A stretch of 64,000 nucleotides of DNA from Desulfobacterales bacterium. Its GTDB lineage: Bacteria > Desulfobacterota > Desulfobacteria > Desulfobacterales > SURF-7. The notes beneath the pieces were generated by a model. The model saw nothing but the letters and a program-made list of their open reading frames with translations. It was not told the DNA's origin and made no database searches. How positions within the stretch are numbered: position 1 is the first letter of the stretch; each line of letters opens with the position of its first letter. A program made the position numbers and the translations under genes. The stretch lies in assembly GCA_046484745.1 (NCBI GenBank), contig JAWOIJ010000068.1, forward strand, positions 68,076 through 132,075, in the 5' to 3' direction. Positions 8,388 through 17,599 of the stretch are shown one piece after another.

Positions 8388-10355
8388 ATGAGTAAGACAA
8401 AAGATGAGAAGGATGGCATTGAGCCGAGAAACGTAAGCATTTGTGATGCAACCATCCAGATGCTGGAAAAGGCCAAACGGGACGGCGTGGAAACCGCTTT
8501 TGACCGCGCCGCATCGATGAAGGCCTGCCCGATCGGTGCTGATTCCGCCTGCTGCAAGCACTGTTCAATGGGACCCTGCCGGCTCAATTCCAAAGACCCG
8601 TATGGCAAGGTAGGCGTCTGCGGGGCGGATATTGATACAATTATGTCTCGAAATTTTGCGAGAATGGTTGCCTGCGGCACCGCTTCCCATACAGACCACG
8701 GTATGGCCGTGCTCAATCTCTTCCGGGAGGTTGTAAACGGCGAAATCACGGACTACAGCATCAAAGATCCGATAAAGCTTCGGTCCGTTGCCAGATCGAT
8801 TGGAATAGATATCGAAGATAAAAGTATAAAAGAAATCGCTGTTGCATTGTACCAGGAGCTTGAAAAAACCTACACCCAGATCGAAGGGGAGATTCCCTTT
8901 GCAAAGCTTGTACCGGAAAAAACCCTGGAAACCTGGAGAAAACTTGGTATCGTTCCCCGGGGCGCCATGCGTGAAATCATGGAAATCATGCATCGTACCC
9001 ATATGGGCGTTGACCAGCATCATGAAAATCTCACAAAACAGATCAGCCGGACAGCCCTGGCTGATGGATGGGGAGGCTCGATGGTGGCCACGGAGCTTTC
9101 CGATATTCTGTACGGAACACCTTCACCGGTTGCTGTTGAAGTCAATATGGGCGTCCTCAAGGAAAAAAAGGTCAACGTCATTATTCACGGACATGAGCCA
9201 AACCTTTTTGAATCCATGATGGTATCCGTCAATTCGCCCGTTCTGATCCAGGCCGCAAAAGATGCGGGAGCTGATGGCATCAATCTGGTCGGCATGTGCT
9301 GTTCCGGAGCGGAAATGATGAGCAGGCACGGCGTGCCTCATGCGGGCAATTTCATGTCAACCGAGGCGGTTCTGGTTACCGGAGCTGTCGATGCCATGTG
9401 CGTCGATGTACAGTGCATCAAGCAGGGACTCGCCAAGGTAGCGGACTGCTACGGCACACGGCTCTTTACCACAAATCCCCAGTGCCGCATCCAGGGGGTG
9501 GATCACATTGAATTCAATGAGCATGAGCCTCTTGCCTGCACCGATGAAATCATCATCAAGGCGATTTCGAGATTCAAAAACAGAACCGCTGCCATAGAAA
9601 TACCGCAGATTGTCAATACCGGTGTTCACGGTTTCTCGCATGAGTATATCAACTACATGCTCGGCGGAACGTTCCGTGGAGGGTATACGCCTCTGAACGA
9701 CAATATTATCAACGGCAGAATCCGCGGGGTAGCGGGAGTCGTCGGCTGCACCAATCCGAGGGTCAAACAGGACTGGGTTCATGTGGAGCTTGTCAAGGAA
9801 CTGATCAAAAATGACGTTCTTGTCCTTCAAACCGGATGCTCCCAGATAGCGCTGGCAAAAGCGGGATTGACGACACCGGAGGCTGCGGTTCTGGCAGGAC
9901 CGGGTCTCCGGGATGTCTGCGAAGCCGTTGGAATGCCACCGGTTCTTGGCATGGGTTCCTGCATCGACAACAGCCGTATTCTGCTTGCCGCTTCGGCTAT
10001 GGTCAGGGAGGGAGGTCTTGGAGACAGCATTTCCGATCTTCCGGTTGCCGGAGCCGCGCCCGAATGGATGAGTGAAAAAGCAATTGCCATTGGTCAATAC
10101 TTTGTCGCCTCGGGTGTGTTTACCGCCTTTGGTGTATCCTTCCCCATTGTCGAAAACACGAAGTTCCACAAACTTCTCTTTGAAGGATTGGAGGAGCAGG
10201 GTTTGGGGAAATGGGCCTTTACGCCGGATCCCTATGAAATGGCGCGTCAGATGATCTCCCATATTGATAAAAAACGAAAGCAGCTTGGTATCGACAGGGC
10301 ACGCGAACGGATCCTTGTAGACATGGCTGATCGCCGGGAACTTGCGGAGGCATAG
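8388..10355 (+). CDS. cooS: anaerobic Ni-Fe carbon monoxide dehydrogenase catalytic subunit
   Basis: 655 aa. The N-terminal CPIGADSACCKHCSMGPCR cluster B/D motif and the overall CooS architecture are present. GGGAGG lies upstream of the ATG. Confidence 0.9.
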   Translation: MSKTKDEKDGIEPRNVSICDATIQMLEKAKRDGVETAFDRAASMKACPIGADSACCKHCSMGPCRLNSKDPYGKVGVCGADIDTIMSRNFARMVACGTASHTDHGMAVLNLFREVVNGEITDYSIKDPIKLRSVARSIGIDIEDKSIKEIAVALYQELEKTYTQIEGEIPFAKLVPEKTLETWRKLGIVPRGAMREIMEIMHRTHMGVDQHHENLTKQISRTALADGWGGSMVATELSDILYGTPSPVAVEVNMGVLKEKKVNVIIHGHEPNLFESMMVSVNSPVLIQAAKDAGADGINLVGMCCSGAEMMSRHGVPHAGNFMSTEAVLVTGAVDAMCVDVQCIKQGLAKVADCYGTRLFTTNPQCRIQGVDHIEFNEHEPLACTDEIIIKAISRFKNRTAAIEIPQIVNTGVHGFSHEYINYMLGGTFRGGYTPLNDNIINGRIRGVAGVVGCTNPRVKQDWVHVELVKELIKNDVLVLQTGCSQIALAKAGLTTPEAAVLAGPGLRDVCEAVGMPPVLGMGSCIDNSRILLAASAMVREGGLGDSISDLPVAGAAPEWMSEKAIAIGQYFVASGVFTAFGVSFPIVENTKFHKLLFEGLEEQGLGKWAFTPDPYEMARQMISHIDKKRKQLGIDRARERILVDMADRRELAEA

Positions 10356-10372
10356 AAAGTCAAAAACGGTAT

Positions 10373-10405
10373 GGGAGGCATTTCAGAAAGCGGGAAATGC
10401 CTCCC
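10373..10405 (+). terminator. terminator-like hairpin after cooS
   Basis: GGGAGGCATTTC (10373-10384) pairs perfectly with GAAATGCCTCCC (10394-10405) around a 9-nt loop. There is no clear U-tract. Confidence 0.45.
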
Positions 10406-10499
10406 GCACCCCTTAAATCTCCAAGGGATCTTTAACCGTTGCACCGAGATCCGTCCTTATCTTTTGTCATCCACCCTACCCAAGGGACCTGAAAAAAAA

Positions 10500-10530
10500 G
10501 ATCATATATGACCACAAGGCATATTTAGCC
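10500..10530 (+). promoter_or_regulatory. tandem palindromic boxes (putative enhancer/UAS), module copy E
   Basis: GATCATATATGACC (10500-10513), then ACAA, then GGCATATTTAGCC (10518-10530). This is the inverted-orientation equivalent of the boxes at 52178, 55826, 60679 and 63921. Confidence 0.55.
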
Positions 10531-10631
10531 TTTTTTACAGGGCTGTTGATGACCGCTCCGTAAATGCTTTTTAAGTTGATTATTCTTAAAAATCAAAATG
10601 ATGGACGATATTACACGGAGTATTGGAGCCC

Positions 10632-10647
10632 TGGCATAAAGAATGCT
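10632..10647 (+). promoter_or_regulatory. sigma54 -24/-12 promoter (TGGCATAAAGAATGCT), module copy E
   Basis: Canonical GG-N10-GC spacing. It lies 125 nt upstream of the 10772 ATG and about 105-130 bp downstream of the palindromic boxes, with the conserved AT-rich block in between. Confidence 0.55.
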
Positions 10648-10771
10648 CTATAGAAGCCAATGAGTAACTGAATCACTTGCAAAAGTATCCCGATGCCTTA
10701 AAAAATTTACAGCAAGTGTAATGAACTCAAATCAAATTTTAAAATGTAAAAATCATTTTATGAGGTGAACT

Positions 10772-11125
10772 ATGGGAATAAACGATTGGGAAGGTGATAA
10801 AACCGGAGAAACAGCGACAGACTTCCAAGGTTCGGGTAAGTCGATCGGCTTCGGGAATGTTATAACGATTATTGCTGATAAGATACATAAAATTGCTGAA
10901 ACGCTTGACGAAAAAGCGGCAGATCAGGACACGCAGTCCGGCATGGCTCAGTATGGAAAACAAGCATCCGGGTGGATGGGCCAATCAGCCGAATACATTC
11001 GGCAATTCGACTATAAACAGGCAGATGCCAGGGTCAGAGAATACTTCAGGCAGAGCCCGGGGCGAAGCCTCTTAATCGCAGGAGGAGTCGGCCTGATTAT
11101 CGGAGCTATGTTACGACGCAGGTAA
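10772..11125 (+). CDS. DUF883 (ElaB/YqjD/YgaM-like) tail-anchored membrane stress protein
   Basis: 117 aa. A helical N-terminal part is followed by the C-terminus PGRSLLIAGGVGLIIGAMLRRR, typical of the ElaB/YqjD family. An RBS GAGGTG lies upstream. Confidence 0.65.
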   Translation: MGINDWEGDKTGETATDFQGSGKSIGFGNVITIIADKIHKIAETLDEKAADQDTQSGMAQYGKQASGWMGQSAEYIRQFDYKQADARVREYFRQSPGRSLLIAGGVGLIIGAMLRRR

Positions 11126-11142
11126 GAAGGGAGTTTTTCTCA

Positions 11143-11499
11143 ATGAACAACAAAGTGGTAAACAAGGACGCTACAATACAACGAGACTCCTTTGCGGAAC
11201 TGTTGGGACAGCTTGCCGGCAACTCGGCCGCTGTGGTTCACGACGAAATTGAGCTTGTGACCCGGAAAATTCGAGAAAAGGTGACGGCTGTCCGCAGCGG
11301 AGTCTTAACGGTCGTGACAGGAGCGCTCATCAGTTTTGCCGCATTCATGTCTCTTTGCACTGCATGTATCATCGGGCTCACTTCTTATATGACACCGGTC
11401 ATGGCAGCGCTTATCACTGGAGCGGCGCTTGCTTTAATCGGTGTCGTTATTGTTTTTATCGGCTACAAGCAATTGAAGAACTCAATCTTTAAAACATAG
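11143..11499 (+). CDS. YqjE-like / Phage_holin_3_6 (DUF1469) family membrane protein
   Basis: 118 aa. The N-terminal amphipathic segment (FAELLGQLAGNSAAVVHDEIELV) is followed by two transmembrane helices. The gene order matches yqjD-yqjE of enterobacteria. Confidence 0.6.
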   Translation: MNNKVVNKDATIQRDSFAELLGQLAGNSAAVVHDEIELVTRKIREKVTAVRSGVLTVVTGALISFAAFMSLCTACIIGLTSYMTPVMAALITGAALALIGVVIVFIGYKQLKNSIFKT

Positions 11500-11534
11500 A
11501 AGACAATGCAAATATTGAAAAAGGAGGACAAGGA

Positions 11535-12011
11535 ATGGCTGATGGAAGAGAGCACCTAACCAAAGAAAAGGAAGCGTATGCCAAGCGCAGTTCCGAAAAT
11601 ATACGCCAGGATATAGCTGAAGAAAAAGAGAACCTTTCCCAGACAGTCGATCAAATCGGTGAGCGGATCAAAGAGAAACTGGATTGGCGCGAATATGTGA
11701 AGGGCTCTCCATACTGGGCGATAGGGACTGCCGCCGGCTTAGGTTATCTTGCCTCAAGGGCGTTCACAACACGCGCTACTCCCATGGAGCGAATCATGGG
11801 TACCATTGCCGAGGAAGTTCGCGACTCACTCGGTGGCCTGATTACCCTAGCCGCTGGGCCCGGCCTAATCAAGGTGACCCTGCTGGGTATTGCCACGAAG
11901 GCTGCCGCCGGCTGGATAAAGAATGCAACCACTGCAGGCGGGACAAGCGGTGGCGCCTGCCCTCGACCCCAGACAGGAAGTGATTCGACCATTGACCCGA
12001 GACGAGAATAG
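11535..12011 (+). CDS. DUF883-related membrane-anchored protein
   Basis: 158 aa. It has a charged coiled N-terminus, then GSPYWAIGTAAGLGYLASRAF, which is the ElaB-like anchor motif, and an extra Gly-rich tail. Confidence 0.5.
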   Translation: MADGREHLTKEKEAYAKRSSENIRQDIAEEKENLSQTVDQIGERIKEKLDWREYVKGSPYWAIGTAAGLGYLASRAFTTRATPMERIMGTIAEEVRDSLGGLITLAAGPGLIKVTLLGIATKAAAGWIKNATTAGGTSGGACPRPQTGSDSTIDPRRE

Positions 12012-12054
12012 ATATGTAAAAAATTACTAAAAATAATTTTTTTAGGAGGATAAC

Positions 12055-12408
12055 ATGGATACCGATAAAAAAAAATACAAGACCCCCAAACAGCAAACGG
12101 AAGGAGAGCCCGGCAGCGCCGGTGCTACAGCTCAAAACACCCTGGAACAAGACGCCGAGGCATACGAGCAAGCGAAGCAGGCGGCAAGTGATGCTTATGC
12201 TAAAACGACCCGGAAGGTAAGCGAAACGTATGAGAAGGCTAAAAGTTATAGTACCGAAAATCCGGGCAAGACGATTCTTGTCGCATTGGGGATAGGAGTT
12301 GGCCTGGGTCTTCTCTTGGGCGCAAGCACTCGTCACTCGCGTACCAGCAGGTTTGCCAAACCCGTGGTCCATGCGCTCTCCGACATTGCTCTGGAGTTTT
12401 TCCGTTAA
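12055..12408 (+). CDS. DUF883 (ElaB/YqjD-like) protein
   Basis: 117 aa. A charged N-terminus is followed by ENPGKTILVALGIGVGLGLLLG. AGGAGG lies upstream. Confidence 0.6.
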   Translation: MDTDKKKYKTPKQQTEGEPGSAGATAQNTLEQDAEAYEQAKQAASDAYAKTTRKVSETYEKAKSYSTENPGKTILVALGIGVGLGLLLGASTRHSRTSRFAKPVVHALSDIALEFFR

Positions 12409-12564
12409 CGCGATCTGTTACCGGAAAAAGCATTCAAGGTGTGGATGTATGCGGCAAAGACACGCCGATGGCACCGGGAAAAGCTTGTTCGAACATCTGC
12501 CTAACCGCCGGTTCCGTTGGGTTTGTTCTGTTCTACCCGGTCGATAACAATGGGAGAAAACGTA

Positions 12565-13797
12565 ATGTCAAACAACCCCGAGATAGAGGTGAAGCCACTC
12601 TCGATTTCTTTTTATATGATCCTGGGAGCAGCGTTATTCGCTTTCATCCAATCGTTCTCGCTGCTGTCTCCCATTCTGTTGTCTTTTCTGCTCGTTTTGC
12701 TGATTTCGCTCGCAGTCAATCCAGTGATCTCCCGGATGCGGGCTTTGACAGGTGGCAGAAAAGTACCGACGGGGATAGTCGCGGGAGGATTCATCGTGAT
12801 CATTGTCTTGACGGGCTGGGCTTTATCCGGACCGATGAAGGAGTCGGTCACAAACCTCTCGAAACAGTTGCCCGGTTACTGGGAACGCCTCCAAAAACCC
12901 CTGATAAAAATGGAGCAACAAGCCTTGTCCTCAGAGGAAAAACTCCAGGCGGAAGTCACCGCTGAAATTGCACAGACCGAGATGGCAACGGGCAAACCCG
13001 AAGCCGTGCAGCGAACCACCGAACCGACTCCACCCAAATCACTTGAAAAATCCGGATCTCTTCGTTCCAGTTTGAGCGGGATGATTCAGGGGGTGATCGG
13101 CAGCTTCACCGCGGTGGCGTTCAACGGGGCTCAGATATTGTTCGTTTTGGTGACGGTCTTTTTCGGCGTCTCCTTTACGCTAATGAATCCCCGCCCGATC
13201 TTAGGAGCAATGTTTTCCCTTTTACCCGAACGCCACCATGATCAAGCTCTGGTCATCATGCAACGTATTGGAAAATTTGTACCCAGGTGGGCCGGGTCTA
13301 TGCTGGTGGGGATGGTAACGATTGGCCTTCTTGTTTTTCTGATCATGTGGCCGATCTTCGGTTTAATAGACGCCCTGGTTCTGGGACTGATCGCGGGCGT
13401 CATGGAAGCTGTACCCTTTGTGGGCCCGATCCTCAGCGCCGTACCCGCACTTTTGCTGGCCATAGGCATAGGAGGTATGACGCCGTTGTGGGTCTTGCTC
13501 GCTTATATCGTGATCCAGGCGTTGGAGAACAATGTAATTCTCCCTTCCATCATGGCGCACAGTATGAAACTGCATCCGGTGGCAGTAATCTTTTCAATGC
13601 TCTTATGCGTGGTCGCTTTCGGTATGCTGGGCGTTTTGGTCGCAGCCCCCCTGGTCGCCATTGCGGGTATCCTGCACGACGAGCTTTATCGAAAGCGCTT
13701 TCTTTCCAAGGTAACGAACAGAGACCTGAATCGTCTCGCAGGAAACGCACTGTGCGAAAAGCCGTCCACCCTGGCAAATGGAGATCAAGCCTCATAG
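12565..13797 (+). CDS. AI-2E family transporter (PerM/YhhT, UPF0118)
   Basis: The track ORF 12517.. is trimmed to the ATG at 12565 (GGGAGAAAA upstream). It has about 8 transmembrane helices and the conserved C-terminal half (VPRWAGSMLVG...AVPFVGPILSAVPALLLA). Confidence 0.75.
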   Translation: MSNNPEIEVKPLSISFYMILGAALFAFIQSFSLLSPILLSFLLVLLISLAVNPVISRMRALTGGRKVPTGIVAGGFIVIIVLTGWALSGPMKESVTNLSKQLPGYWERLQKPLIKMEQQALSSEEKLQAEVTAEIAQTEMATGKPEAVQRTTEPTPPKSLEKSGSLRSSLSGMIQGVIGSFTAVAFNGAQILFVLVTVFFGVSFTLMNPRPILGAMFSLLPERHHDQALVIMQRIGKFVPRWAGSMLVGMVTIGLLVFLIMWPIFGLIDALVLGLIAGVMEAVPFVGPILSAVPALLLAIGIGGMTPLWVLLAYIVIQALENNVILPSIMAHSMKLHPVAVIFSMLLCVVAFGMLGVLVAAPLVAIAGILHDELYRKRFLSKVTNRDLNRLAGNALCEKPSTLANGDQAS

Positions 13798-13842
13798 GGA
13801 GGCTCAAAAAAGATCATATAACCAGTATATTGGAAAATTTCA

Positions 13843-14283
13843 ATGCCGACACCAAAGAGTGAACTTTATCGAGAAGCAATACGAAGATCGCTGATGAGCC
13901 GTGCCGGAAAAATCCCCGATGCAAGCGTGGTCGCCGAAACCACCCTCAACATATGGCAGCAGATGTCCGCCTTGCTCACACCGATTATCGGCATGCGAGG
14001 TGTAGATACTCTCTTCAACCGCTCGCTGCACCTGACGGGCAAAGCCTTCCCGTGGCTTGCTGTTGCCGAGGATGACGAGGATGACACCGCTCTGCTTGTA
14101 TTTTTCAAGGCTCGCCTCGCGGGCAGCGGAACGAATGACGCCATAGAGGCGAGCTGTGCCCTGTTCGTAACCTTCATCGAACTGCTGTCAGCCCTTATTG
14201 GAGAATCGTTGACCAGGCGACTGTTGCGTCCGGTCTGGAAGTGGAAGTTCCCATCACAAAAAATTGAGCCGGAGACCAAATAG
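13843..14283 (+). CDS. hypothetical protein (146 aa), first gene of the KaiC-like operon
   Basis: An ORF with no family I recognise. It ends 11 nt before the KaiC-like start. Confidence 0.5.
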   Translation: MPTPKSELYREAIRRSLMSRAGKIPDASVVAETTLNIWQQMSALLTPIIGMRGVDTLFNRSLHLTGKAFPWLAVAEDDEDDTALLVFFKARLAGSGTNDAIEASCALFVTFIELLSALIGESLTRRLLRPVWKWKFPSQKIEPETK

Positions 14284-14294
14284 GAGACCAAATC

Positions 14295-15785
14295 ATGAAC
14301 ACCAAAATAACCATAAACCAGCTTCCTACCGGCGTTCCGGGACTCGACCAGATCCTGGGCGGGGGTCTTCCGGAATTTTCCTTCAACCTCATCATGGGGC
14401 TTCCGGGTTCCGGCAAGACGACACTGGCGCACCAAATTATGTTCTCCTTGGCGACTCGGGATCATCCGGCGATATTTTTTACCACGCTCGGAGAACCGTC
14501 GGTGAAAATGTTACGTTATCAGCAGCAGTTCTCGTATTTCCAACTCGACAAAATTAATGAGTCGATCCGCTACATCAATTTGAGCGACGACATCGCAACA
14601 AACAAACTGGAACAGGTGCAGGCGCGCATTGAGCAGGAGGTCAAGACATTCTCTCCGGCGCTGGTCTTCGTCGATTCGGTCAGCTCCGTCATGCGGGAGT
14701 CGCAATACCAACCCGAGAGCCGGACAAACCTGCAACAGTTCATCCAGCAGCTCGGAATACTGCTGAGCGGATGGGAAATCACCACCTTCCTGATCGGGGA
14801 ATATGTGGCTGAGAGCAGCGCTAATCCGGTGTTAACGTTGGCCGACGGCCTGTTGCTGCTGGAACAAAACATCTACCGGAATTCAATGGTACGCAAGATG
14901 CAGGTAATAAAAATGCGCGGCCAGGCATCCCGCCCGGGGATGCACACGTTCCGCATCACAAGCACCGGAATCGAAATCTTTCCGACGGCGACGATTCACG
15001 CCGATGCTGGGGACGAGACGGCGGCTTCCAGGCCGGTGCGCAGCAAAACGCGGCTGTCTATGGGTGTGCCGCGCCTCGACGAAATGATGGGCGGCGGCTT
15101 GCCGTCGGGCTATTCCCTGCTGGTTGCGGGGCCGTCCGGATCGGGCAAGACCGTCCTTGCCACGGCATTCCTGAGCGAAGGGGCACGCCGGGGCGAACCA
15201 GGCGTGATCGTCGCATTTGAACAGACGCCGAGTCGGTCTTGGCCCCGCACGCTCGATGATATGATCAGCAAAAATCAGATCGGCTTAATCAATACCCGAA
15301 CCCTGGATTTGTCAATCGACGAAATCATTTTGCGTCTGCGCAATCTCATTCATCAGATGAAAGCCACCCGGGTGGTGATTGACTCGCTGTCCGGGTTCGA
15401 ACTGGCGGTGGCGCCGACCTTCCGCGAGGATTTTCGCGAGTCCCTGTTTCGCATGATCACCGTATTGTCCGGCCTCGGCGTGACGGTGCTGATGACGTCC
15501 GAAATCGAAGACCGCTATATCGATCTGCGGTTCAGCCCCTATGGGTCGGCATTTCTCACCGACGCGATCATCGTCCAGCGTTACATCGAAATGGATAGCC
15601 GCCTGAAGCGCGTCATGGCGGTCGTCAAGATGCGCGCCAGCGACCATAGCAGCGATATTCGGCAGTTCGAAATCATCAGTGATGGTATCGTCATCGGCGA
15701 CCCTGTGCTCAACTACGAAGGACTTCTCTGCGGGCAGCCGACGCAAAAACTGAAGGCCGATAGTGTCGTTCAAGGAAAACTGTGA
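14295..15785 (+). CDS. KaiC-like double RecA-fold ATPase
   Basis: 496 aa with two tandem domains. Each has a Walker A motif (GLPGSGKTT; GPSGSGKTV) and KaiC/RadA-like blocks (VVIDSLSG, KMRGQ/KMRAS). Confidence 0.85.
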   Translation: MNTKITINQLPTGVPGLDQILGGGLPEFSFNLIMGLPGSGKTTLAHQIMFSLATRDHPAIFFTTLGEPSVKMLRYQQQFSYFQLDKINESIRYINLSDDIATNKLEQVQARIEQEVKTFSPALVFVDSVSSVMRESQYQPESRTNLQQFIQQLGILLSGWEITTFLIGEYVAESSANPVLTLADGLLLLEQNIYRNSMVRKMQVIKMRGQASRPGMHTFRITSTGIEIFPTATIHADAGDETAASRPVRSKTRLSMGVPRLDEMMGGGLPSGYSLLVAGPSGSGKTVLATAFLSEGARRGEPGVIVAFEQTPSRSWPRTLDDMISKNQIGLINTRTLDLSIDEIILRLRNLIHQMKATRVVIDSLSGFELAVAPTFREDFRESLFRMITVLSGLGVTVLMTSEIEDRYIDLRFSPYGSAFLTDAIIVQRYIEMDSRLKRVMAVVKMRASDHSSDIRQFEIISDGIVIGDPVLNYEGLLCGQPTQKLKADSVVQGKL

Positions 15786-17449
15786 TGCGCAAGAAAAACT
15801 TACCTCATCGGAAAGATACGACCGGGCAGACACGTGAGGCAAACAAAAGCGCGGTGTCTCCAGACTCGGCGGCCGTGAATACCCTCGCCGAGCGCGAGAC
15901 CGCGGTTTTTAACCAAGAACAGGCCGTTCTTAATCGTGAAGAGGCTGCCACTCTCCGAGAAGATGGTGCCAGCCAGCGTGAAGAGGCCGCCGACCTGCGC
16001 GAGAAGGTCGCCGAAATTGACGCCAAGGCTAAAAACACGCAAAGGAGCGCGGGCACCGAGGAGCAGCTGCGCGAGGCGAACGAGCACCTCGTCGTCGCGA
16101 CGGTTCGCGCCCAGACGATGACCGATGCAGCCGAGCAGACCGCCGCGCAGATGACCCATATGGCCGAGCACGACTTTCTCACGGGTTTACCGAACCGTAT
16201 GCTGCTGACCGACCGCTTAGAGCAGGCGATCACAATCGCACAGCGTCATGGCAAACAGGTCGCCCTGATATTTCTGGACCTCGACAACTTCAAGCATATC
16301 AACGATTCGCACGGGCATGAGGTCGGCGATCAATTGCTGCAGTCGGCCGCAAAGCGCCTGCAGGCGTGTGTTCGCCACTCCGATACCGTCAGCCGCCAAG
16401 GAGGCGACGAATTCGTGGTGCTGCTGCCCGAAGTCGATAAGGTGCAGGGCGCTGTCCTCATCGCCGAAAAGTTGATGGAGGCCATGGCCGAACCGCATCT
16501 TATCAACGGACACCGGCTCCACGTCAGCCTGAGCATCGGCATCAGCCTCTACCCTGATGACGGCAAGGACGTCGAAGCGGTAGTCGGGAACGCCGACACC
16601 GCAATGTATCACGCCAAGAAGAGCGGGCGCAACAACTACCAGGTGTTCACTCCGAACATGAATGTCCGTGCGGTTGCGCGGCAAGCCATCGAGCAGGGGC
16701 TGCACCAAGCGCTCGATCAGTTCAGGTTTGTTTTGCATTACCAGCCTAAGGTGAATCTCGAAACCGGCACAATTACCGGTGCGGAAGCCCTTCTCCGCTG
16801 GAAGCGATCCGATCATCGTCTCGTTAGCCCGAAACAGTTCATGAGTATCGCCGAAAACTGCGGCCTCATTCTGCAGATCGGAAAGTGGGTGCTGCGCGAA
16901 GCCTGCCGTCAGACACAAGCCTGGTTGCATGCCGGCCTCGAACTCGGTCAGATCGCGGTCAACGTTTCGGCCAAGGAGTTCCTTTGTAAAGATTTTCTTG
17001 CCGACGTCCGTACCATATTGGGTGACACCGGCCTGGAACCGCACTACCTCGAAATCGAGCTGACCGAAAGCGGACTCATACACGACATCCAAAAGACAAC
17101 GACGTCTTTGTATGCGCTCAAGGACCTCGGCGTTCAAATTGCTGTCGATGACTTTGGCACCGGCTATTCCAGTCTGAACAATCTGTGGAGTTTCCCAATC
17201 GACACGCTCAAGATCGACCAGTCGTTTGTCCAGGATATCAACAATGATGCCGGCAAGGCCATCGTCAATACAATCATTGCGATGGGCATGAGCCTCAAAC
17301 AGCGAGTCGTGGCCGAAGGCATTGAAACTCGGAAACAGCTCGCATTCCTGCAAGCCCATCGCTGCGCCGAGGGACAAGGCTATTATTTCGGAAGGCCCGT
17401 GGCTGCCGAGGAATTCGCCACATTGCTGACAGAAACCGACAGGAATTAA
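15785..17449 (+). CDS. GGDEF-EAL protein with N-terminal coiled coil (diguanylate cyclase/phosphodiesterase)
   Basis: The ATG overlaps the KaiC-like stop (TGATG). The GGDEF motif is intact (RQGGDEFVVLL) and EAL-domain blocks are present (EIELTES, DDFGTGYSS, KIDQSF). The N-terminal 110 aa is a repetitive RE-rich coiled coil. Confidence 0.9.
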   Translation: MRKKNLPHRKDTTGQTREANKSAVSPDSAAVNTLAERETAVFNQEQAVLNREEAATLREDGASQREEAADLREKVAEIDAKAKNTQRSAGTEEQLREANEHLVVATVRAQTMTDAAEQTAAQMTHMAEHDFLTGLPNRMLLTDRLEQAITIAQRHGKQVALIFLDLDNFKHINDSHGHEVGDQLLQSAAKRLQACVRHSDTVSRQGGDEFVVLLPEVDKVQGAVLIAEKLMEAMAEPHLINGHRLHVSLSIGISLYPDDGKDVEAVVGNADTAMYHAKKSGRNNYQVFTPNMNVRAVARQAIEQGLHQALDQFRFVLHYQPKVNLETGTITGAEALLRWKRSDHRLVSPKQFMSIAENCGLILQIGKWVLREACRQTQAWLHAGLELGQIAVNVSAKEFLCKDFLADVRTILGDTGLEPHYLEIELTESGLIHDIQKTTTSLYALKDLGVQIAVDDFGTGYSSLNNLWSFPIDTLKIDQSFVQDINNDAGKAIVNTIIAMGMSLKQRVVAEGIETRKQLAFLQAHRCAEGQGYYFGRPVAAEEFATLLTETDRN

Positions 17450-17521
17450 CCGGATGCGGTCAGGCTCTTTTTGGATAGAGTAAATGAAACCATTGAAAAA
17501 CCAACCGACAGGAGGAGAAGA

Positions 17522-17599
17522 ATGATAGCACAAACACTGTTGAAAGAACTGAAAAAAAGTCATGCAAAGGAAAAATCAAACAAGGAGAATAACCGATGA
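17522..17599 (+). CDS. possible 25-aa upstream micro-ORF overlapping the lipase start
   Basis: AGGAGG lies 6 nt upstream of the ATG. The product is MIAQTLLKELKKSHAKEKSNKENNR. Its stop overlaps the lipase ATG (ATGA). Confidence 0.25.
   Translation: MIAQTLLKELKKSHAKEKSNKENNR

Noticed and set aside
9357-10262. A 301-aa minus-strand ORF inside cooS.
   Set aside because: It is an antisense shadow of a well-supported CooS reading frame, with no motifs or RBS.
12469-12486. TGGCACCGGGAAAAGCTT upstream of the AI-2E transporter as a sigma54 promoter.
   Set aside because: The GG-to-GC spacing is 11 nt rather than 10, and sigma54 promoters are intolerant of spacing changes. I kept it only as a weak possibility.
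13812-13833. GATCATATAACCAGTATATTGG just upstream of the KaiC-operon first gene as a degenerate copy of the palindromic boxes.
   Set aside because: Both half-boxes are shortened and mismatched. The site is only about 10-30 nt from the ATG, and it has no accompanying AT-rich block or -24/-12 element.
16217-17563. A 448-aa minus-strand ORF opposite the GGDEF-EAL gene.
   Set aside because: It is a long shadow ORF typical of GC-rich coding DNA. The plus-strand frame carries intact GGDEF and EAL signatures.
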